Shown: positions 18,905 through 26,901 of the stretch, one piece after another | Layout of the letters: every line of letters begins with the position of its first letter | How positions within the stretch are numbered: position 1 is the stretch's first letter | Virus record (IMG/VR): IMGVR_UViG_3300044966_000489 | Source of the DNA: a virus | DNA length: 64,000 nt | Reading direction: 5' to 3' (one strand) | Position numbers and translations under genes: made by a program | The notes under the pieces: generated by a model | What the model saw: only the letters and a program-made list of their open reading frames with translations | What the model was told of the DNA's origin: nothing | Databases searched by the model: none

Positions 18905-19950
18905 AAAACGTAATAATTACAGGAATTTCTGGCCAAGATGGTTCTTACATGGTAGACTATCTTATTGAGAATACTAATCTTAATATATTTGGAGCCGTTA
19001 GGAGACTTTCTAAACCAAACTATTCTAATTTTCAACAGCATCTTAATAATAAAAGATTTAACTTGGTGACTCTTGATCTTTCTGATTCTCAATCTATTGA
19101 TAATGTGGTAAGAGAAGTTAAGCCTGATTATTTTATTAATTTCGCTGCTCAATCTTTCGTAGGCTCAAGCTGGCAAATTCCAGAACAAACGTTTGACGCA
19201 GGAGCTATGGGCGTGATAAGATGCCTTGAGGCCATTCATAAACACTCTCCTTCTTGCAGATTTTATAACGCTGGAAGCTCTGAAGAGTTTGGAGATGTAA
19301 AGTATGCTCCTCAAGATGAAAAGCATCCTCTTTCACCAAGATCTCCTTATGGTGCTGCAAAATGCGCCGCAAGACACATTGTTAAAGTGTATCGTGAGTC
19401 TTACAATCTTTTTGCAATTCAAGGATATCTTTTTAATCACGAATCTCCAAGAAGAGGAGAAGAGTTTGTAACTAGAAAAGTTACTAAAGGCGTATCAAGA
19501 ATTATTAAGGCCATTAAAAAAGGAGAATCATTTGAACCAATTCGTCTTGGAAATGTTGACGCAAAGAGAGACTGGAGTCATGCTTTTGATTTCGTAGATG
19601 GTGTTTGGAAGATGTTAAATCAAGAAAAGCCAAACGAATACGTTCTCTCTAGCAATGAAACTCATACAATTAGAGAATTTATTGAGCTTGCTTTTAAAGA
19701 AGTAGGAGTAGAAGGTTTTTGGCATGGACAAGGCACTAATGAAGAATATTCTATTTCGACTGAATACGCCATCAGGAACGAAGTCAACTCATCTGTACTG
19801 GTCAAAATCGATCCAAAGTTCTTTCGACCAGCAGAAGTTGAGCTTTTGCTTGGTGACTCAAATAGAGCTAGACAAGAACTTGGCTGGAATCCAAAATGGT
19901 CCTTCCGCCAATTAGTAAAGGATATGGTCGCTTCTGATTTGAACTCTTAA
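18901..19950 (+). CDS. gmd: GDP-mannose 4,6-dehydratase
   Basis: ITGISGQDGSY, AAQSFV, SSEEFG, PRSPYGAAK, NHESPRRG..FVTRK, KRDW, FRPAEV. Confidence 0.96.
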   Translation: MKNVIITGISGQDGSYMVDYLIENTNLNIFGAVRRLSKPNYSNFQQHLNNKRFNLVTLDLSDSQSIDNVVREVKPDYFINFAAQSFVGSSWQIPEQTFDAGAMGVIRCLEAIHKHSPSCRFYNAGSSEEFGDVKYAPQDEKHPLSPRSPYGAAKCAARHIVKVYRESYNLFAIQGYLFNHESPRRGEEFVTRKVTKGVSRIIKAIKKGESFEPIRLGNVDAKRDWSHAFDFVDGVWKMLNQEKPNEYVLSSNETHTIREFIELAFKEVGVEGFWHGQGTNEEYSISTEYAIRNEVNSSVLVKIDPKFFRPAEVELLLGDSNRARQELGWNPKWSFRQLVKDMVASDLNS

Positions 19951-19951
19951 A

Positions 19952-20344
19952 ATGGCAAATTGTAAAGACATTGTTGTAAAATTTGTAAAAGAAGGACATA
20001 TAGACTGGTCTAGGGATATGAAAGCCGCTTCAAGGCTTTTGAAAAAATTCCCTAATAAGGATTTTTGGGATTGGGTCGAGCCTTATCCCTTGGTTCCTAA
20101 TCTTCACTTTTTACAGTCCAAAGAGAGTTTAGAAATACTAAACAATAGATATAAGCTTTTTCTTCAACAAAAAGACCTCAAGGAGTCTAAAGAAAAGCTC
20201 AAAGAAAGCTTTGACTCAAAGCTTGCGGTAGGCTATAATGAACTAAGCGGCAAAGTGGGCGAAGATATTCCCATTGTAAAAAAGCCCAAAACTTTAAAAG
20301 AATTCCTGAATTATGGCAAGACCTCCGAAACAGCAGCAAGCTGA
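19952..20344 (+). CDS. Hypothetical protein
   Basis: 130-aa ORF coupled to gmd and recA. Confidence 0.65.
   Translation: MANCKDIVVKFVKEGHIDWSRDMKAASRLLKKFPNKDFWDWVEPYPLVPNLHFLQSKESLEILNNRYKLFLQQKDLKESKEKLKESFDSKLAVGYNELSGKVGEDIPIVKKPKTLKEFLNYGKTSETAAS
20211..20239 (+). promoter_or_regulatory. Strong sigma70-type promoter upstream of recA, internal to the previous ORF
   Basis: TTGACT-N17-TATAAT. Confidence 0.7.
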
Positions 20345-21464
20345 AGAAAAAGTATCAACAGTTGGAGCTTCAAGCAGACTCCAAGCGATTTTAAATAATA
20401 AAGATCATAAAGATGATCATTTTAATTTTGAAGAAGCAGTTACTTGGAAGATCTCGACTGGCAGTCTTCTCTTGGATGCAGCAGTTGGTGGAGGCATCAC
20501 TCCTTCTCTAATTCGTCTTTGCGGACCAAATAACGAAGGCAAAACTCCGCAAGCTCTAGAAATTTGCAGAAATTTCCTTGCAGAAATCCCCAAGAGCAGA
20601 GTAGTTTGGGTGTTGGCAGAAGGACGTTTGTCCAAGGAGAACAGAGAGCGTTGCGGGATGAAGTTCGTTACCGACGCTTCTGAATGGACTGACGGCTCTG
20701 TCTTCATTCTAGAATCAAATGTCTATGATTTAGTAATTGACGTTATTAAAGATCTTGTTCTTAATAATGCAGAAGATCATCGCTATTGTTTTGTAATTGA
20801 TTCGATGGATGGCCTTATCTTGAAGAGAGACAAGGACACTAGTCCAGCAGATGCAAGCAAAGTCGCTGGAACTCAAGTCATCAGTAAAAAGCTTTTGCAG
20901 TCACTAAGTATTGGAATGTTCAAGCACGGTCACTTGATGATTGCTATTAGTCAGATTACTTCTGAAATTAAGATCGATCCTTATGCCAAGAATGCTCCAA
21001 GAGGAGGAATGTTTAGCGGCGGAAATGCGCTCTTGCATTGGGCAGACTTCATCCTAGAGTATAGCCCAACAGCGATGGGAGACTACATTCTCGACAATCC
21101 ATCTGGCAAAATGAATGATGGTAAGACTAAATCAATTGGAAAATATTCCAAAGTAATGATTCAGAAGTCTACCAGCGAAGCTACTCGCAAGAACATTATT
21201 CAGTATCCAATTAAATTCGGTAAAAAGCCCTCCGGTATTTGGGTCGAGTATGAGATTCTTGATTGCTTGTTGATGTGGGATCTTGTTGTTGCAAAAGGCG
21301 CATGGATCACCGTTGATGATTCTTTAATTGAAGAATTGAAGACTGTTGGAATTGATATGCCAAAGCAACATCAAGGAAGAGAGAATTTCAGAAAATGGCT
21401 TGAAGAAAATGCTGACGCAACTAAGCATTTGTTCAATAAGCTTAAAGCTGTTCAATCAAAATGA
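20313..21464 (+). CDS. recA: RecA/UvsX-like recombinase
   Basis: ISTGSLLLDAAVGGG, Walker A GPNNEGKT, VIDS, ISQI, SGGNALLH, KGAW. Confidence 0.88.
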   Translation: MARPPKQQQAEEKVSTVGASSRLQAILNNKDHKDDHFNFEEAVTWKISTGSLLLDAAVGGGITPSLIRLCGPNNEGKTPQALEICRNFLAEIPKSRVVWVLAEGRLSKENRERCGMKFVTDASEWTDGSVFILESNVYDLVIDVIKDLVLNNAEDHRYCFVIDSMDGLILKRDKDTSPADASKVAGTQVISKKLLQSLSIGMFKHGHLMIAISQITSEIKIDPYAKNAPRGGMFSGGNALLHWADFILEYSPTAMGDYILDNPSGKMNDGKTKSIGKYSKVMIQKSTSEATRKNIIQYPIKFGKKPSGIWVEYEILDCLLMWDLVVAKGAWITVDDSLIEELKTVGIDMPKQHQGRENFRKWLEENADATKHLFNKLKAVQSK

Positions 21465-21880
21465 AGCTTTATTCTGTAACCGGCAGAATAATTAACAAAA
21501 ATGTTTCTCAATTTTTAATAGATTGGGAAAAAGAGTCTCGTTCTAAAATTCAATTTCAAGTAAAGCAATTCTTGAAACCATTTTGGAAGACTCACGTTTG
21601 TTATGAAGAGTTTCCGGTTTTCGGAAGCAGAATGAAGGTTGATTTCATTAACATCTCTCGCAAAATAGCAATAGAAGTAAATGGCGACCAGCATTCTTCT
21701 TTTAATAAATTCTTTCATAACAACTCAAGATTAAATTACCTTAATTCTATTAAGAGAGACTACAAAAAGTCTGTGTGGCTAGAGAAGAATGGCTTTCAAC
21801 TAATAGAATTAGAGACCAGCGACTTAAATAAATTAAGCTATGATTACATAAATCATACATTTAATATATCGTTGGTGTAA
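21461..21880 (+). CDS. DUF559/Vsr-like endonuclease
   Basis: EEFPV..VDF..IAIEVNGDQH..RD..K..W. Confidence 0.75.
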   Translation: MKLYSVTGRIINKNVSQFLIDWEKESRSKIQFQVKQFLKPFWKTHVCYEEFPVFGSRMKVDFINISRKIAIEVNGDQHSSFNKFFHNNSRLNYLNSIKRDYKKSVWLEKNGFQLIELETSDLNKLSYDYINHTFNISLV

Positions 21881-21888
21881 TATAATCT

Positions 21889-22170
21889 GTGGCAAAAAAT
21901 AAAGAATTTCATTTCCCAGATAGCATTCTATCACAGATAGATGAATGCTCGCAGGGAGGATTCTTGCTGTTTACCTTTGACAAAAAGGGTATGCCTGAAG
22001 TAAGGTCTAAATTCGATAATGCACAAAACGCAATGGCGATGCATTATTATATTAATAATTGGCTTAGTGCTGTTGAGCAGATTAATTTAGAGAACACTAT
22101 TCACAACATTATTGCCTCTGATCAAGAAGATGAAGACGGTGAAGATGAAGACGGTCCTACTAGTAAGTAA
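21889..22170 (+). CDS. Hypothetical protein with acidic tail
   Basis: GTG start directly after GTGTAATATAAT. Confidence 0.6.
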   Translation: MAKNKEFHFPDSILSQIDECSQGGFLLFTFDKKGMPEVRSKFDNAQNAMAMHYYINNWLSAVEQINLENTIHNIIASDQEDEDGEDEDGPTSK

Positions 22171-22186
22171 CTCTTTTTTTAGTTAA

Positions 22187-23671
22187 ATGAAGCTTTCCTC
22201 TATTAAAGTAGAGCAGCACTTGCTTGGTGCGCTCATTAAAAACCCAGAAGCATTCTACGATTTAGATCATTTTATATCAGAAATTGATTTTACAAATGAT
22301 GTAAATGGAACAGTTTATTCTGTAATTCGACAACTTTGTAATTCCAAAGAGAAAATTGACAAAGTAATATTAGCTCAAAAGATTCAGAATCTTGGAATCT
22401 CATTTCAAGAAGATCTTGATATATATGATTATATTGACTGTATTTCTTTGCCAGTATCAAATAAAGAATCTGCTCTTAAATACGCTCAAGAGTTAAAGCA
22501 GTTTTCTATTCGCCGTGATATAAAAGGGATGGCGCAAAGAATCATAGAAACTGTTTCTACTAATCCTGATAAAAATGTTAATCAATTAATAGCTGAAGTA
22601 GATTCAATATATGGCGAAAAGATTAATTCTTTTGATGCTACTGAAGAGATTAGGAATATCTTTGAGGACATAGAGGCGTTCATAGAAGAAAAAGGCAATA
22701 ATCCTCAAGATGAAGCAGGCATAGAATTACATTATCCAGAGTTTGCAAGACTCTATGGCGGGTTAAGAAATGGAAACGTCTACGCTATTGTAAGCCGCCC
22801 CGGTCAAGGCAAAAGCTCCTTCTTAGTTGAGATGTCTCTCGGAGCTTATTTAAAGAATAAAAAAGTTAGCGTTCTTTACCTTGATACTGAAATGTTCTCA
22901 GAAGATGTTAAACTTCGTATTGCAGCAGCAAAGACCGGAGTTCCTTTCTGGTACATTGACACAGGAAACTGGCGTAAGAATCCTGAAATGGTAACTAAAG
23001 TCAGAGGCTTCTTAAAAGAATTTAGTAAATATAATTATACTCATCATTGTGTTGGTAATAAAGGTATTGATGAGATTGTTTCTTTTATTCGTAGATGGTA
23101 TTATAGCAAAGTTGGAAGAGGAAACCCTGCTCTTATTTGCTATGATTATGTTAAGCTCACCGGAGAAAAGGTAGGCCAAAACTGGGCAGAACATCAAGTA
23201 ATTGGCGAAAAGATAGATAAACTTAAAAAGATTTCAGAAGAAATTAATGCCACTCTATTCACTGCAATGCAAATGAATAGATCTGGCGAAAATTTTAATA
23301 GAAATGCTGGAGATGTAACCGATGATAGCTCCGCAATCGCCTTGTCTGATCGGCTTCAATGGTTCGCCAGCTATGTTGCGATTTTCCGAAGAAAAACTCT
23401 TGACGAAATAGAGCGCGATACGCCAGACTTTGGGACTCATAAGTTGATAACTTTGAAGAGTCGATTCCAAGGCAAAGATGCCGCTGGACATCAAGATCTT
23501 CTTAGAAGAAGGAATGAACATGGTGATGAAAAATATGTTCAGAACTTTATCAACTTTCAGATCAACAATTTCAGTGTAGAAGAGAGAGGTTCCTTGGGCG
23601 ATATCATTGAGAGAGAGCGTCAAACATTCTCGTTGAATGATGCTAATCCCAATGACGGCACTTTGTTATGA
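22187..23671 (+). CDS. dnaB: Replicative DNA helicase, DnaB family
   Basis: EQHLLGAL, SRPGQGKS, DTEM, YDYVKL, QMNR, KSR. Confidence 0.93.
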   Translation: MKLSSIKVEQHLLGALIKNPEAFYDLDHFISEIDFTNDVNGTVYSVIRQLCNSKEKIDKVILAQKIQNLGISFQEDLDIYDYIDCISLPVSNKESALKYAQELKQFSIRRDIKGMAQRIIETVSTNPDKNVNQLIAEVDSIYGEKINSFDATEEIRNIFEDIEAFIEEKGNNPQDEAGIELHYPEFARLYGGLRNGNVYAIVSRPGQGKSSFLVEMSLGAYLKNKKVSVLYLDTEMFSEDVKLRIAAAKTGVPFWYIDTGNWRKNPEMVTKVRGFLKEFSKYNYTHHCVGNKGIDEIVSFIRRWYYSKVGRGNPALICYDYVKLTGEKVGQNWAEHQVIGEKIDKLKKISEEINATLFTAMQMNRSGENFNRNAGDVTDDSSAIALSDRLQWFASYVAIFRRKTLDEIERDTPDFGTHKLITLKSRFQGKDAAGHQDLLRRRNEHGDEKYVQNFINFQINNFSVEERGSLGDIIERERQTFSLNDANPNDGTLL

Positions 23672-24585
23672 GCGATATAAAAGAAATACTTCAAAACATC
23701 GGTTATCAAAATCTTAAAGACTTCGGCGGTTGGTACAGAACTAGACCAATCTACAGGAGTTCAGATAATGATACAGTTCTAGCAATCAATAAAAATACTG
23801 GTTATTGGTATGATTATAAACTTTGCCGAGGGGGTAAGTTAAGCGAATTAGTTCAAATCACACTTAATCTAAACGATCTAGATTATGCGGATAAGATGCT
23901 CGCCGAGAAGTTTAACTTCACGGGAATTGTCGTAAATCAAGAAAAAAATACCATCAATCAAGTAAAGATTTACGATGAATCAATGCTCGTCAGCCTTGAA
24001 AAGAATCATGGATACTGGCTTAATAGAGGAGTCAAAGAAGAGATCGTAGCAGAGTTTAAAGGTGGAATAGCTAAAAAAGGAAACATGATTAATCGTTATG
24101 TGTTTCCTATTTATAATCCATCTGGAAAAATTGTAGGATTTAGTGGCAGGTCACTGGTTGATTCAAAAAGACCTGATTTCATTAAATGGAAACACCTTGG
24201 AACCAAGAAGGAATGGGTCTATCCAGCCTTCTTTAGTAAAAATGCTATATCTGAAAGCGGCAGAGTTTTCTTGATTGAAAGTATTGGAGATATGCTGGCT
24301 TTGTGGCAAGCTGGCTACAAGAATGTAATTATTACTTTTGGATTGGCAATCTCTCCCAAGATCACAAAATTTCTATTAGAGAACTCTGTCCAAGAAGTGG
24401 TTATTGCTTTTAATAATGATTCTTTTAATAATTCTGCTGGTAATGAAGCGGCGAAAAAAGCAAAGTCTAAGCTCTTGATGTTCTTCGACGAAAATCAAGT
24501 TAAGATAAAGTTGCCTTCCAAAAAAGATTTTGGATTAATGAGCAAAAATGAGATAGACTTATATATGAAGGAATTCAATGGATAA
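23668..24585 (+). CDS. DNA primase (DnaG-type TOPRIM)
   Basis: YVFPI..GKIVGFSGR, KWKH, LIESIGD, AFNND..G. Confidence 0.85.
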   Translation: MSDIKEILQNIGYQNLKDFGGWYRTRPIYRSSDNDTVLAINKNTGYWYDYKLCRGGKLSELVQITLNLNDLDYADKMLAEKFNFTGIVVNQEKNTINQVKIYDESMLVSLEKNHGYWLNRGVKEEIVAEFKGGIAKKGNMINRYVFPIYNPSGKIVGFSGRSLVDSKRPDFIKWKHLGTKKEWVYPAFFSKNAISESGRVFLIESIGDMLALWQAGYKNVIITFGLAISPKITKFLLENSVQEVVIAFNNDSFNNSAGNEAAKKAKSKLLMFFDENQVKIKLPSKKDFGLMSKNEIDLYMKEFNG

Positions 24586-25504
24586 AAAAGAAGTCTACCT
24601 ATCTGCCTCGCGCATTAAAGCTCTTGAGACTTGTTCATGGTCTTACTATTGCAAGTACCATTTAAATATTCCTGAGAAGTCTAATTCAGGAGCAAAGCGC
24701 GGCACAATTTGCCATTTAGTATTTGAGGTGCTTCTTAATCCTCGTCATAAGGATATCTATAAGCAGATTATCTCTTCTGGCGATGCTCTTTCTTGCCCAC
24801 CAATATCCAGATTAGTAAATAAACACGCAACAAAGGAAGGTATTAATAACCCTGAAGACATGGCGTTAATCAATAAAATGATTCTTGTCGGTCTTAAAAG
24901 CGACTTCTTTCCAAAAGGCGGCGACATTCAAGAACCAGAGTTCGAATTTAAAATCGAAAGAGACGGCTACAAGGCTAGAGGGTTCATTGATCTTCCCATC
25001 CTTTATAAAAAAGAAAAGAAGAGCAAGATTAGAGATTACAAGTCTAGCAAAGCGAAATTCAAGGGAGAAGAGTTGACAGCCAATGTACAGGCCATGCTAT
25101 ACTCTATTGCTTCTAAGATCTATTGGCCTGACTATGACCCAGAAGTAGAATTCGTATTTCTCAGGTTTCCTAAAGAACCAGTTCAGCCGGTAAAATTCTC
25201 TGATGATGAATTGTCTGGATTTGAAACTTATCTTAAGTATGTTTACGAAAAAGTAACTAATTTCACTGAGCAAGATGCAAAGCAAAATTTCGCCGCAGAT
25301 GACATAAAGAGCAAATGGCTTTGCCAAGCAGGAGCTACTTGGGTTTGCCCATTTAAGAATGAGATGTGGTTTTATTCTATTTACGATAAGGATGATAATT
25401 TTGTAAAGAGCTACTTTACCGCAGAAGAAGCTAAAGCAGCAAAGAAAGACGACGCTCAAGTCATCAAAAAGTTTAAGTATGAAGGTTGCCCCAGATGGAA
25501 ATAA
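24578..25504 (+). CDS. PD-(D/E)xK exonuclease (RecB/Cas4-like, PDDEXK_1)
   Basis: LSASRI..C, GTICH, E.EF, RGFID, RDYKSS, Q..LY, C-terminal cysteines. Confidence 0.85.
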   Translation: MDKKEVYLSASRIKALETCSWSYYCKYHLNIPEKSNSGAKRGTICHLVFEVLLNPRHKDIYKQIISSGDALSCPPISRLVNKHATKEGINNPEDMALINKMILVGLKSDFFPKGGDIQEPEFEFKIERDGYKARGFIDLPILYKKEKKSKIRDYKSSKAKFKGEELTANVQAMLYSIASKIYWPDYDPEVEFVFLRFPKEPVQPVKFSDDELSGFETYLKYVYEKVTNFTEQDAKQNFAADDIKSKWLCQAGATWVCPFKNEMWFYSIYDKDDNFVKSYFTAEEAKAAKKDDAQVIKKFKYEGCPRWK

Positions 25505-25513
25505 CTCTTAATC

Positions 25514-26266
25514 ATGAAAATACTACCGCTTTTTAAAAGCCATTACAGCATAGGTAAGTCAATCTTAACTCTAGACAAAGCAGGGACTTCATCCAAAGAA
25601 GGATCTTCTTCAATCGTAGACATAGCTAAAGATAATAAACTAGAGCAAATATTCTTAGTAGAAGAGAATATGAGTTCTTTTCTTGATGCTTTTAAGAACT
25701 TTAAGATTCCATTTTATTATGGCTTGAGGCTTGAATTATGCCCTGACATTAATGACAAGACAGAAGAGTCTCTTAAAAAATCTAGTAAAATTATAGTCTT
25801 TGCAAAAAATGGGAGTGGCTACAAGAAACTAATTAAGATATTTAGTATTGCCGCCACAAATGGTTTTTATTACGCCCCAAGAATAGACGAAAAGACCTTG
25901 ACTCAAGAGTGGGATGAGTCTAGCCTGAAGTTGTGTGTGCCATTCTATGATTCATTCTTGTTTAATAACACAATGTCTTATTCCTTGTGCTGCCCAGAAT
26001 TAAAGTTCACTAAACCTACGTTTCTGGTAGAAGATAACGGTCTTCCATTTGATCACATTGTAAAACAGAAAGTAATTAACTTCTGCAAAGATGAGTACGA
26101 GATGGTTCCTGCAAAAAGTATTTACTATAACACAAGAGAAGATTTTAAATCGTATCTGACGTTTAGATGCATCAATAATAGAACAACTCTTAATAAGCCA
26201 AACTTAGAACATATGTGTAGCGCAGAATTTAGCTTTGAAAGCTGGAAGGAGGCCAATGCTGTATGA
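25514..26266 (+). CDS. Stand-alone PHP domain of DNA polymerase III alpha
   Basis: KSHYSIGKSIL, AKNGSGYKKLIKI.S.A..GFYYAPRID, characteristic of the DnaE N-terminus. Confidence 0.8.
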   Translation: MKILPLFKSHYSIGKSILTLDKAGTSSKEGSSSIVDIAKDNKLEQIFLVEENMSSFLDAFKNFKIPFYYGLRLELCPDINDKTEESLKKSSKIIVFAKNGSGYKKLIKIFSIAATNGFYYAPRIDEKTLTQEWDESSLKLCVPFYDSFLFNNTMSYSLCCPELKFTKPTFLVEDNGLPFDHIVKQKVINFCKDEYEMVPAKSIYYNTREDFKSYLTFRCINNRTTLNKPNLEHMCSAEFSFESWKEANAV

Positions 26267-26901
26267 TGGAGAATTTACTTCGTTACGATAAGGATAAAGT
26301 TTACACTTTTATAGACTTAGAAACCGAGAATCTTTGTCTAAGTTTTATTAATAATCGCCCTTGGCAGTGCGGCATGATTAGAGTCAAGGGAAATGAAATT
26401 TTAGAAACTTCTGATATCTACATCAAATGGGATAAGCCTATTAATGTCAGCAAAGAGGCGGCAGTAATTACCCGTTTTGATCAGTATAAATATAATAAAA
26501 TTGCAGTACACTCAAGCGAAGCAATCAAGACGATTGATCAGTGGCTAGAGAAGTGCGATTATATTGTTGGGCATAATGTCCTTAATTTTGATATTTATTT
26601 AATCAAGGACTATTACGAAACATATGGAAAAGAATGGAAGCATTTAGTTAATAAGGTTATCGACACAAATTGCCTAGCCAAAGGCATCAAATACGAGATC
26701 CCTTATTCTAAGGATATTAGCCTAATTGAATATCAGTATAGAATACTGAACGAAAGACGCAAAGGAGTAAAAACTAATTTAACTGCACTTGGAAAAGAAT
26801 ACGATATTGATCACGATTACGAAACCTTGCACGACGCACTTAACGACTTACATTTAAACATCAAAGTATGGAACAAGCTCAAATTCCAGATCGCAATATG
26901 A
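26263..26901 (+). CDS. DEDDh 3'-5' exonuclease (DnaQ/epsilon-like)
   Basis: ExoI IDLETE, ExoII GHNVLNFD, ExoIII HDALND. Confidence 0.9.
   Translation: MMENLLRYDKDKVYTFIDLETENLCLSFINNRPWQCGMIRVKGNEILETSDIYIKWDKPINVSKEAAVITRFDQYKYNKIAVHSSEAIKTIDQWLEKCDYIVGHNVLNFDIYLIKDYYETYGKEWKHLVNKVIDTNCLAKGIKYEIPYSKDISLIEYQYRILNERRKGVKTNLTALGKEYDIDHDYETLHDALNDLHLNIKVWNKLKFQIAI

Noticed and set aside
7707-19950. Bacterial O-antigen/capsule locus, i.e. host chromosome flanking a prophage
   Set aside because: No wzx/wzy/ABC exporter, continuous gene coupling with phage genes on both sides, and no att site or integrase seen
24578-25504. Cas4-like nuclease as evidence of CRISPR-Cas
   Set aside because: No repeat-spacer array or other cas genes seen; the context is phage replication
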